The notes below the pieces were generated by a model. It was not told the DNA's origin. It saw only the letters and a program-made list of their open reading frames with translations, and did not search any database. DNA of 64,000 nucleotides. Origin: an uncultured bacterium. Its GTDB lineage: Bacteria > Bacillota_I > Bacilli_A > RFN20 > CAG-826. Below are positions 9,455 to 18,917 of the stretch, piece after piece; within the stretch, counting starts at the first letter, position 1; each line of letters starts with the position of its first letter. A program made the translations under genes and the position numbers. Where the stretch lies: positions 8,365 through 72,364 of the forward strand of contig CASGAB010000001.1 in assembly GCA_949299395.1 (NCBI GenBank), in the 5' to 3' direction.

Positions 9455-11641
9455 TTAAGCTTTTCTAACGTTATCAATAACTAATTGGACTGTTCCGTTA
9501 TAGTCACTTCTAACACATTCGAAGGTAATCTTATCACCTGGCTTAAGATCTTTAGTAACTTCGTTTGTTAAGAAGTCTTTTGGATTTCCCATTGAATATT
9601 TCCAACTATCATTATAGTTGAATGAAATAGCAGTTGAAGCTGTTGCACCGTAAGCAAAGACTTCTCCATCAATAGATTCATCTTTTAAGTAAAGATTACC
9701 ATATTGATCAGGTTCTTCACCTTTAAATCTTGAAATTTCAGCAGTAACTTCATAGACATATTGTGAAGTCATACCATCAACAGGTCCTTTGATAACATCA
9801 GCTAATGTAGCTTTTGTAGCTGTTGATCTTTCATCGTTAAGTGAAGTTAAAACACCTTGAATTTCTTTTGTTTCTTTATAGTCAGCTCTAATAGCAACCA
9901 TTGTGACAATATCACCAACTTTAATACCTTTAGTTAATGGGTTATCTAATGCATTTTTAGGATTTTCAAATACATATTCTCCTGTAGCTGCATCAAATGT
10001 TAAAGCATCGTATTCAGCAGTAATACCGTAAACTAAAATTTCTTTTGATGGATCGTTTTCATCTTCAAGAATGAGATTACCATATTTAGTAACATCAGAA
10101 TCATCACCATATTGACCTAAAGCTTTAACTTTACCTCTAACAACATAAGCTTGTGTTGTGTTATTTTGAGCTTCTAAGATTTCTGAAACGCTTGCTTTAA
10201 CATAAGCTGGCTCACCTTGTCTTTCACTACAGTCTAATGTGACAACACCGATTGCACCGCTTTCTGTAGTAACACTGATTGTAACAGCACCTTCAGAAAT
10301 ACCTGTAACGACACCATTTTGATCGACAGTAGCAACTGATGTATCTGATGAACTCCATGTGAATACTGGATTTTCTTCGCCTTCAACTGTAGCTTTTAAT
10401 GGTAATGTAGAACCAACAAATAAATTACCTGTATATGTAATAGTTGCAGCTTTTGCTTCAACGTATGGTTCGTTAACGACTTCACAGCCTTCTGTAGAAA
10501 CAAACATTAATGCACTTTCACCACTAACAGCTATCATATCAGTATTTCCTGTTCCTGGATCAAGATTGTATGTTTTTCTTTGTGATTGCATACCAGTGAA
10601 GTTAATTGTTTTTTCGCCGTTTGAATCTAAAGCTTCTTTAAACATATCATAAAGGTCTAATTTGCCTTGTTGATCGTGGTTATATCTATCAGCGTAAACA
10701 TAGACTTCAGAACCTTTATATAAAACTTTTGCCTCTAAGAAGTCATCTTCTGTAACTTTTCCGTTATAGCTATTATCGTAAAGATTAACTTCTAAGACTT
10801 TAGCACCACTAATTGTTGATAATGAAGCGTATGTAGCTGGAGACATAAAGCCTGGGTGATTTAATTCAGAAACAGTAGGTTTTTCTACACCTTCAACATC
10901 TTTTCCACTTAAAATTGTGATAACAGCTTTACTACCAGTAATTTGTCTTGTGCTGTTGTATGGTGATGACTCACCAGAAACTTCAATACAATCACCAACT
11001 TTTAATCCGTTTGGAACGTTTTTCTTTGGAATATCATAAATCATAAAGCCGTAATTTCCAGCTTGAACAAGAATTCCATACCAGTTATCTGGGTCTGTAT
11101 CTGGGATAAATGATGTAACATAGCCTTGAACAGCACAAGTAACACCTTTGCCTGGCATATCTTTAATAGGAACGATATTTTTATTACTATTAATATCAAC
11201 ATTAAATTTTAATGATGCAGTAGCATTATTCAATTTTGCTGTACCTGTGATAGTTGTTGATTTAACTGTACCAAATTCACCCCAAACTGGGTTTAATTGT
11301 AAATATGATGAACCATTTGCTTCAACAGTTTCACTTGTGAATAATGTTGAATCAAAATCCCAATCAACAACAACATCAAATGTATTGCCGCTATCTGTTA
11401 AATAGCTGTAATTTGTTTGAGCAATAATGTAGTGAGCTGCCTTTTGTTCAATATTATTTTTAAGACCATATGATTCATCTCTAATAGGAGCTTTGACACT
11501 ATTTGTTAAAACTGCAGCAGAAGAGATAACAGCTTTACAGATTTCTTCATCAGTCATTGTTTCGTTAGTAGCTGGAGCACAAGCACTAACAAGTGCTGTA
11601 GCACTTAATGCAAAAGCGATTAATAATTTAGTTTTTTTCAT
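9455..11641 (-). CDS. Surface lipoprotein with Ig-like (Big_2) and multiple OB-fold-like domains
   Basis: Lipobox VSAC; OB-like VQGYVT...LKVGDCIEVSG; Big_2 TWSSSDTSVATVDQNGVVTG; two tandem repeats YGNL.L.DE...YG.TA...NPK...K.GD...R.DY. Confidence 0.75.
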   Translation of the reverse strand: MKKTKLLIAFALSATALVSACAPATNETMTDEEICKAVISSAAVLTNSVKAPIRDESYGLKNNIEQKAAHYIIAQTNYSYLTDSGNTFDVVVDWDFDSTLFTSETVEANGSSYLQLNPVWGEFGTVKSTTITGTAKLNNATASLKFNVDINSNKNIVPIKDMPGKGVTCAVQGYVTSFIPDTDPDNWYGILVQAGNYGFMIYDIPKKNVPNGLKVGDCIEVSGESSPYNSTRQITGSKAVITILSGKDVEGVEKPTVSELNHPGFMSPATYASLSTISGAKVLEVNLYDNSYNGKVTEDDFLEAKVLYKGSEVYVYADRYNHDQQGKLDLYDMFKEALDSNGEKTINFTGMQSQRKTYNLDPGTGNTDMIAVSGESALMFVSTEGCEVVNEPYVEAKAATITYTGNLFVGSTLPLKATVEGEENPVFTWSSSDTSVATVDQNGVVTGISEGAVTISVTTESGAIGVVTLDCSERQGEPAYVKASVSEILEAQNNTTQAYVVRGKVKALGQYGDDSDVTKYGNLILEDENDPSKEILVYGITAEYDALTFDAATGEYVFENPKNALDNPLTKGIKVGDIVTMVAIRADYKETKEIQGVLTSLNDERSTATKATLADVIKGPVDGMTSQYVYEVTAEISRFKGEEPDQYGNLYLKDESIDGEVFAYGATASTAISFNYNDSWKYSMGNPKDFLTNEVTKDLKPGDKITFECVRSDYNGTVQLVIDNVRKA

Positions 11642-11660
11642 ATTATTTTTAATTTCCTCC

Positions 11661-13070
11661 CTAATTAATATGTTCGCTTACATAGTTTTTATATTCGGTT
11701 GCTTTGAACGAAGGGAATTCAACTTGATATTCACCGTCTGCGTCTTCATTATATTGGAAGACTCCAAGCATAACCTTAACGTCGTAACTCTTACCTCTTT
11801 CAAAAACAGATGCAATTGTACTCAAACTGCTAAAGAAAGTGTGAGATTCAAAACGTATATTTAATTTAATATTGTTACAAGTTGCATGAACAGTGAAAAC
11901 ATTATTTACAACATCTTTTTCTGACTGATAAATATAGTCTTCACTATCTTCAATATCAATGGTTGTAGATATGAAGTTTCCAGCATATGGATCATAGGAA
12001 GATGTTGAAGTAATAGTTTTTGGATCCATATAAACTGGATCAACATTATAGGTATAACCTAAAGCTTCAGCTTCTTCTTTTGATGAGGCTAAAATTTCAA
12101 AAGGATAATGGTCATCACGAATACGAACGTCAGTTAATTGGAAATTACCATAATATTTTGTGATTTTTGCATAGAATCTAACGATATCACCAACTTTTGC
12201 GCCTGTATTTTTATATAAAGTAAATACAAAAATTGAAGCAGGAACAATGTCTTCATCGCTAGGATTTACGTCTCTAATATATAAATCACTTCCGCTAACA
12301 CCAATAACTTGTCCGGTAATTCTTAATTGTTTACCACTACTTCCTGTTGAATCATTAACTCCTAAAGTGTCGAAATTTGCTTTCGCATTAGAAATTGTTG
12401 TTTCAACTACTTCTCCACTTGAATCAAAATCACAATCTTTTTCACCATTAACTCTTCTACCTTCAGCTGCTTTTTGAGCTTCTTGGAAAGCTTCAAAATA
12501 ACCATCTAAAATGGAAGAATTTTGATTTAAATAGTTACGTGAATAGCCTTGTTCAACGATTTCTAAATTTAATAATCTAAAATCATCGCCTTCTTCAGGT
12601 TGATACCAAACAAAGCCCATATATCTTCCACCACTAGAATCATATTTTTCAAACATATCTAAATCGTTTAAAACAACGATTCTATTTGCGGTAGTAAGTT
12701 TTGATTTTGTAAAGTGAGAAGCTTTGATACCCCGTTCTTGGATAGCTCCTGTTGATTCAGGAGTATCAATAGCTTCATATCTAAATCTAAATCTTCTAGC
12801 GGTATTATCATCACTTGCAGGATAGAAATTTGATGTGTCTCCATCTGTATTTGAAGCGAGTTTAACTTCCATGATTGCTAAGCCGCTAGTAACATTTAAG
12901 AAATTATCGCTTGGAATACTAGCTTCATTAGCAAACTTAAAAGCATCTGTAACGGGAGTTGCATATTCTTCTGTTGACCCACAAACATCTTGTTTTTCTC
13001 CACACGAAGAAACTGCAAGGGTTGTAAATAAACCTAATACTAAGTATCTAAATAATTTCTTAAATTTCAT
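11661..13070 (-). CDS. Staphylococcal nuclease (thermonuclease)-family lipoprotein with C-terminal OB fold
   Basis: Lipobox VSSC; SNase motifs DGDT, FRY.AIDTPE, D..GRYMGFVW, LNLEIVEQGYS; OB-like KVGDIVRFYAKITKYYGNFQL. Confidence 0.88.
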   Translation of the reverse strand: MKFKKLFRYLVLGLFTTLAVSSCGEKQDVCGSTEEYATPVTDAFKFANEASIPSDNFLNVTSGLAIMEVKLASNTDGDTSNFYPASDDNTARRFRFRYEAIDTPESTGAIQERGIKASHFTKSKLTTANRIVVLNDLDMFEKYDSSGGRYMGFVWYQPEEGDDFRLLNLEIVEQGYSRNYLNQNSSILDGYFEAFQEAQKAAEGRRVNGEKDCDFDSSGEVVETTISNAKANFDTLGVNDSTGSSGKQLRITGQVIGVSGSDLYIRDVNPSDEDIVPASIFVFTLYKNTGAKVGDIVRFYAKITKYYGNFQLTDVRIRDDHYPFEILASSKEEAEALGYTYNVDPVYMDPKTITSTSSYDPYAGNFISTTIDIEDSEDYIYQSEKDVVNNVFTVHATCNNIKLNIRFESHTFFSSLSTIASVFERGKSYDVKVMLGVFQYNEDADGEYQVEFPSFKATEYKNYVSEHIN

Positions 13071-13107
13071 AATCTTTTATCTCGATTTATAAACAATAAA
13101 CACTTAA

Positions 13108-14622
13108 TTAAGCAGGAATATTATTTGGATTTAATTTATAGAATTCATCAAGAATTGCTTCCCATGTAGCATCGCTAGCAGCTTCTTCTGAAGAAACGTC
13201 TCTACATCTAGCCATGATACCACCAACGTTGTTTCTGATTGATGATGAACCAACGAAACCTGGATCAACGTATTGTGTCCAACCAACATTACCTTGATAA
13301 ACATCGAAGTTAATTAAGACTGCGTCTCTCATGGTTTTTGATGTACCTTTTAATGTTGTATCGTTTAAATAATCTTGATAAACAGTTGATTCATATGCAT
13401 CTGTTGTAACTGGGATATAGCCAGTATTTTTAGCAAATGTAGCATTTGTTGTTGGATCATATGTTAATGTTTTTAAAAGTTCAAATGTTGCAGCTCTATT
13501 TTCTTCATCTGCGTTTCTGAACATAACTAAGTTAGTACCTTGAGAAATAACATATTTATTTTCAGGTTTATCAGCATTGAATGGAACTGGATTAACTTCT
13601 ACTTCGAAAGCGTCACCTGCTGGAACACAGTTACTAACACCTGCTGAAGAACCGATTGTAAAGACTGTTTTATAAGCCTTGAATGGCGTAGATGTATAAC
13701 TTGTTTCACCAAATGAAGCTGGAATAGCCATGATGCCTTCATTGAATAATCTGTTGAAGAATTTTAACATTTCAACAGTTTCAGCACTCTTATAGTGCAT
13801 ATAACCTTGTGTTTTACCGTTTGGTAAAGATTCAACTGTTGTATATGTTCCACCCCATTGTCTAACCATTGTAATAAAGAAGTTAGCTTGTGAGTCATAT
13901 GAACAGACATAGAAATCATTTTCACCAACTTTTGTTAAATCAATAGCAACTTCAACACCTGCATCTGCAGCAGCTTTTGAGTCGTTATAAACGACACCAT
14001 CAGTACCAATAACTTTGTTGAAAGCACCTTTTTCTTTTAAAACTTTTCTTGTTGCGAGACCAAATTTTTCAACTTCTTGCCATGTTGTAGGAACACCAGT
14101 GATTTTATCATCACCTTCTGCTGTTTCTGTCATTTTAATTAAGACTTCAACGAAAGTTTGGTTTGTAGTCATAACTTCAGTTGATTTATTGAATGGTAAA
14201 CCCATGACTCTATCTGGAACGATTTCAAGGTTTTCTTGTAAATAGTTGTCATAGAATTTGTCTAAATCCATACCATCAGCTTCGATAGTTGAAGTTAAAT
14301 CAAATAAAATACCTGATTCACTATATTGAGCCATGTGGTCTGGATAAGCAACAGCTAATTGTGGGTAAGTTCTTGTTGAAACTGAACCAACGATTGCAGC
14401 AAGTAAGTTATCATAACCACCTTGTCCAGTATGAACAATGTCATAACCTTCATGATTTGCTTCATAATCGGTTAAGATGTTTTCTAATTGGGTGGTCATT
14501 GATTCGCCAAAACCAGTCCAAACATTAATTGTAGTAGCACCACTTGCTTCTTGACCACAGCCGGTTAAGCCGAGTAAGCCAACAAATGGGACAGCAACTA
14601 ACAACTTAATTTTTCTGTTCAT
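13108..14622 (-). CDS. CUT1-type ABC substrate-binding lipoprotein (copy 2)
   Basis: Lipobox LTGC; PQLAVAYPDH, GLPFNKSTEVM, IGSSAG, ISQGTNL, TGYIP. Start set at ATG 14622 after GGGAGG. Confidence 0.88.
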   Translation of the reverse strand: MNRKIKLLVAVPFVGLLGLTGCGQEASGATTINVWTGFGESMTTQLENILTDYEANHEGYDIVHTGQGGYDNLLAAIVGSVSTRTYPQLAVAYPDHMAQYSESGILFDLTSTIEADGMDLDKFYDNYLQENLEIVPDRVMGLPFNKSTEVMTTNQTFVEVLIKMTETAEGDDKITGVPTTWQEVEKFGLATRKVLKEKGAFNKVIGTDGVVYNDSKAAADAGVEVAIDLTKVGENDFYVCSYDSQANFFITMVRQWGGTYTTVESLPNGKTQGYMHYKSAETVEMLKFFNRLFNEGIMAIPASFGETSYTSTPFKAYKTVFTIGSSAGVSNCVPAGDAFEVEVNPVPFNADKPENKYVISQGTNLVMFRNADEENRAATFELLKTLTYDPTTNATFAKNTGYIPVTTDAYESTVYQDYLNDTTLKGTSKTMRDAVLINFDVYQGNVGWTQYVDPGFVGSSSIRNNVGGIMARCRDVSSEEAASDATWEAILDEFYKLNPNNIPA

Positions 14623-14679
14623 TAATAATTTCCTCCCTTTGAACAAACTTTTAATCTATCTAATATGCGTAACGCATTA

Positions 14680-15729
14680 TTAGCCCTTAATACCACTTCT
14701 TGAGACACCTCTCATAATATACTTATGGAAGAATATAAAGAGGATAAAGAGTGGAAGTGTAACGACAACGGATCCAGCCATTTTACCTGGTTGGTTATCG
14801 CTAAATTCTGAAGAGAATGAAGCCATTAATCCGTTTGAAACTAATCTAATATCGTAATTATCTCCGAAGATAATGGAGTGTTGCATTCTGCCGTTAGCAA
14901 CAAGTTGAGGCCAAACGTATGCGTTCCATCCACCCATCAAGGAGAGAATGATAATAGTAACAATAGTTGGCATACCAATAGGAACCATAACTCTTAAAAG
15001 ATATTTCCAATCAGTATAACCATCGACTTTTGCAGCTAAATATAATTCATTTGGAATTTGTTGGAATGTTTGTCTTAAATAGAAAATATAGAAGACGCTA
15101 ACACCATGGACTAAAATTAAAGCTGCGAATGTATTTTCCCAACCGAATTCTTTAACTAAAGCATAGTTAGTAATAACCATCATTTCGCCAGGAATCATCA
15201 TGGTTGCTAAGATAATTAAGAATAATAAGTTTTTACCTTTGAAATTTAATCTAGCAAAAGCAAATGCTGCTAAAACTGATGTAATAACTGTAACAAGCAT
15301 TCCACCTGCCGAAGAAATAAATGTATTTAAGAAATAAATCCAGAAAGATGTTTTTTCTTGAACAATACCTAAATTATCAACATATGTAGGAGCGAAAACC
15401 GATACATAATTTTCCATTGTAAATGGAATTGGCAATAAGGTAATTGTGTTATTCGACTTATTCATTTCAAAAGTTTGTTGAGAAATAAATGAAGTTGAAA
15501 TCATGAATAAGAATGGTAAAAGAATGAAAATAGCAAAAACGATTAAAAAAGCATACATCAAAGATTGAGAAATAATTAATTTTGGTAAATATGATTTTCC
15601 AACGTGATAACCTTCACTATTAGCTTTACCTTTTCTTTCTAAACGATAATTTTCGCTTTCTGCGAGTTTTTGATTACCACTTTCTAAGTAGGCTTGTAAT
15701 TCTAATTCACTTTTAATAGCTTTTTTCAT
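14680..15729 (-). CDS. CUT1 ABC permease (UgpE/MalG type)
   Basis: IPNELYLAAKVDG, TMMIPGE, WNAYVWP; paralog of 3420..4379. Confidence 0.9.
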   Translation of the reverse strand: MKKAIKSELELQAYLESGNQKLAESENYRLERKGKANSEGYHVGKSYLPKLIISQSLMYAFLIVFAIFILLPFLFMISTSFISQQTFEMNKSNNTITLLPIPFTMENYVSVFAPTYVDNLGIVQEKTSFWIYFLNTFISSAGGMLVTVITSVLAAFAFARLNFKGKNLLFLIILATMMIPGEMMVITNYALVKEFGWENTFAALILVHGVSVFYIFYLRQTFQQIPNELYLAAKVDGYTDWKYLLRVMVPIGMPTIVTIIILSLMGGWNAYVWPQLVANGRMQHSIIFGDNYDIRLVSNGLMASFSSEFSDNQPGKMAGSVVVTLPLFILFIFFHKYIMRGVSRSGIKG

Positions 15730-15743
15730 AAATTACTACCTCC

Positions 15744-16976
15744 TTAATAGTGGACTCTCTTCTTACTTACAGCAAATTGAACTGCGGTAATAAGAAGAAT
15801 GACACATAAAAGAACGATACTTCCTGCGGCTGCATAGCCAGGATTAAGTGGATTAATTTGTTTCATATCTCTATAAAGATAACCGACAACTGTAATCCAT
15901 TCGACACCTTGATATCCACCGAAGAAATAGTTGTTTTGTGAAATATAAATCGATCTAACATCGGTATACATTTTAAATGCACCAATGAATGATGTGATTG
16001 TGATATATAAAATTTGAGGAGAAAGGAGAGGGACTGTAATCTTTCTAAAGATTTTTCCACCTTTTGCTCCATCAATTCTAGCTGCATCGTAATATTGTTT
16101 ATCAATAGTTGATAAGCCAGAAAGGAAGACTAAAATCTTAAATGCCATTTGATTCCAAACTGAATAAGTAACAATAACTACTGCTTGTGCCCATCTTGGT
16201 GCACCTTCTGTGACCCATTGTTGATTTAAACCAAAGAGGGTATTAATTAAACCACCACCAACTGCACCATTTGTATAGCTTGAGAAGATAAGGTTAAAAA
16301 CCATACCTAAAGCGATAGTATTGGTAACATATGGAAGGAAGAAAACAGTTTGAAAAAATCCCTTTAAAAACTTAATTCTATGTATGAAATAAGCAATTAA
16401 AAGGGATACAAAAATTGTAAGTGGGACTTCTAAAATAACAAGTTCGAAAGTATTCCATAAACTCTTAATGAATAATGAGGTAGGAATAGTTTGACCAAAA
16501 AGTACGATAGAATAGCTAGTATTGCTAAATAAATAGGTGAAATTTCCAAAACCAAAAGTTGTTGGATAAGGAGCTTCAGTACAAACAATACCGCTTCCAC
16601 CAACAGAACTCATGTCTTCACAAATAACTGAGTTACCTTTAATGATGTTTGCAATAGAAAAAGATCCAGCACCATCAACCCAAGTAAAATCTTCAGTAAA
16701 TGCGATAACAAAGCTGTTAAAAATTGGATAAATCATGAATAAACAAATCAAAATAAAGGCTGGAATTAAAACCAAGAAAGCCAATAAATTTTGATTCATA
16801 TGGAATTTTCTTTTTTTGGTTTCTAAAGGACGATGAATGTCAAATTTACATGTTCCATCTTCATTGTAATAATAAGATTCTTCGTGTCCTCTATGTCTTA
16901 AACGAATAGAGATGTTTTCGAAAGTATCTTTACATCTTTGAAGGAACTTTTTTTCACTTTTCGCTTCGTTTTTCAT
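15744..16976 (-). CDS. CUT1 ABC permease (UgpA/MalF type)
   Basis: IDKQYYDAARIDGA...KITVPLLSPQILY; paralog of 4382..5314. Confidence 0.9.
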   Translation of the reverse strand: MKNEAKSEKKFLQRCKDTFENISIRLRHRGHEESYYYNEDGTCKFDIHRPLETKKRKFHMNQNLLAFLVLIPAFILICLFMIYPIFNSFVIAFTEDFTWVDGAGSFSIANIIKGNSVICEDMSSVGGSGIVCTEAPYPTTFGFGNFTYLFSNTSYSIVLFGQTIPTSLFIKSLWNTFELVILEVPLTIFVSLLIAYFIHRIKFLKGFFQTVFFLPYVTNTIALGMVFNLIFSSYTNGAVGGGLINTLFGLNQQWVTEGAPRWAQAVVIVTYSVWNQMAFKILVFLSGLSTIDKQYYDAARIDGAKGGKIFRKITVPLLSPQILYITITSFIGAFKMYTDVRSIYISQNNYFFGGYQGVEWITVVGYLYRDMKQINPLNPGYAAAGSIVLLCVILLITAVQFAVSKKRVHY

Positions 16977-16996
16977 ATTAAATTACCTTTTAAGAA

Positions 16997-18781
16997 TTAG
17001 AAAATTCTTTCTCCAGTTTCTTCAAATACGTAAATTCTCTTAGCTGAGAAATTAAGATATTCATTTCCTTCACATTCTTTTGCGAGTTCAGAAGAAATAA
17101 TAATTTTAACGTGTCCTTCTTCTACTCCAACGACATCTCCAACAACGGAAATATCTCTACCAATATGTTCAATATTGAAGACTTTAACTTGGATAGGACC
17201 GTTTGGATCTAAAGCAAAATGTTCTGCTCTAATACCAACTTTAACAGTTCTTGTTGGGTTTAATCTTGATTCTAATGAAGCAATAATTCTTTGAACTCTA
17301 TCTTTTGCTTCATCTGTTTGAACACCATTTGAATTTCTTAAGATTTCAATTTGGTGATCTTTAATAGCTTTTGTTCCTTCCCAATCACTTGAAGCATATA
17401 ATTCTTCAATTTGATGAGCATAAGGAATAACTTCAAGAGAAACTTTAGCTTTTTTAGCAAGTTTTTTAACAGTTTTGAATCCAGCTGGTGATGATGCGTT
17501 TTCAACAGCGTCTAATTCATGTAAAACTGCTTCAACTAATGCTTTTTCTTCATCATTATGAGTTTCTACTCTATTAACAAGCATTTTTCCTCTTGCAATA
17601 GCTACTTTATCTTTAACTTCGATAACTTTCTTATTTAATTCTTCTTCACTTGCGTTAAGTAAGACACTAACTTCATTATTAAAGACATCAATAACAGATT
17701 GATCATCATATTTAGTTAAATAGCTCTTAGCATCTTTTAAAGCTTTTCTAACTTCTTTTCTATCTGTAGTAGGTAATACAACATTTGTATAGCAATCAAA
17801 TGTTGGTAAAGATTCTAATAATTCTTTTTCTTTAGCTTTTTGTTCTTTTTTAGAAATAAAATCGTTTGTACCAGAAATAATGTTTGTACCACAAGCATTA
17901 CAATATTTACCATTATGTGAAACAACATTACCACAGTTTGGACAAATAACTTCTTCAATGTGAACTCTATTTAGTGCTTCATCATAGAAAACTTCTTTTT
18001 CAGCAACAAATAATTTACCGTTTTCAACTCTTCCATCAAAAACGTTAATTGCAGGAGTTCCTAAGAACTTAGCAACAAAGAGGTTTGCTGGTTCTTCATA
18101 AACTTTTTGAGGTTCATCTTTTTGTTGAACAATACCATCTTTCATAACAACAATAAAGTCAGAAATTGACATAGCTTCTTCTTGGTCGTGTGTAACAAAG
18201 ATAGTTGTAATTCCTGTTTCTTTTTGAATTCTTTTAATTTCTTCTCTAGTTTGAAGTCTTAATCTAGCATCTAAGTTAGATAAAGGTTCATCTAAAAGAA
18301 GAACTCTAGGTCTTTTTGCTAAAGCTCTAGCGATAGCAACACGTTGTTGTTGACCACCAGAAAGTTCTTTTGGTTTTCTATCTAATAATTTTTCAATATT
18401 AACAATTTTTGCGTTTTCTAAAGCGATTGCGCATTTTTCATCAAATGTGAGCTTTGGAACAACGTTATCTAAAGGGAACATAATGTTTTGTCTAACGTTG
18501 AAATGAGGATAAAGTGCATAGTTTTGGAAAACTAATCCGATTCCACGATTTTCTGGTGGAACATTTGTAACATCTTCGTTTCCAAAGAAGACTTTTCCTT
18601 CAGTGACGGTATGAATACCGGCAATCATATAAAGGGTTGTAGATTTACCACAACCAGAAGGACCTAAAAGACCACAAAGTTTTCCATCTGGGATGTCAAA
18701 AGTCATATTATTAACAGCGACTGTCTTAGCACCTTTCTTTCCTTCAAAAGTTTTAACGAGGTTTTGAATCTTTACTTCCAT
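16997..18781 (-). CDS. CUT1 ABC ATPase with a zinc-ribbon plus helical insertion in the C-terminal domain
   Basis: Canonical Walker A/B and signature motifs; CPNCG...CNACG at aa 280-298; GIRAEH resumes about 240 aa later. Confidence 0.9.
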   Translation of the reverse strand: MEVKIQNLVKTFEGKKGAKTVAVNNMTFDIPDGKLCGLLGPSGCGKSTTLYMIAGIHTVTEGKVFFGNEDVTNVPPENRGIGLVFQNYALYPHFNVRQNIMFPLDNVVPKLTFDEKCAIALENAKIVNIEKLLDRKPKELSGGQQQRVAIARALAKRPRVLLLDEPLSNLDARLRLQTREEIKRIQKETGITTIFVTHDQEEAMSISDFIVVMKDGIVQQKDEPQKVYEEPANLFVAKFLGTPAINVFDGRVENGKLFVAEKEVFYDEALNRVHIEEVICPNCGNVVSHNGKYCNACGTNIISGTNDFISKKEQKAKEKELLESLPTFDCYTNVVLPTTDRKEVRKALKDAKSYLTKYDDQSVIDVFNNEVSVLLNASEEELNKKVIEVKDKVAIARGKMLVNRVETHNDEEKALVEAVLHELDAVENASSPAGFKTVKKLAKKAKVSLEVIPYAHQIEELYASSDWEGTKAIKDHQIEILRNSNGVQTDEAKDRVQRIIASLESRLNPTRTVKVGIRAEHFALDPNGPIQVKVFNIEHIGRDISVVGDVVGVEEGHVKIIISSELAKECEGNEYLNFSAKRIYVFEETGERIF

Positions 18782-18917
18782 ACTAAGTTTCCTTTTAATT
18801 TATGAACTATATTTTAGCATTTTAAATCACCAAAAAAAACGATAAAAAAGCATTGTTTTAGATAAGGGAAAAATTAAAAAAAACGCTCGACTCTTTTTTT
18901 ATAAAAAAGGTACGTTT

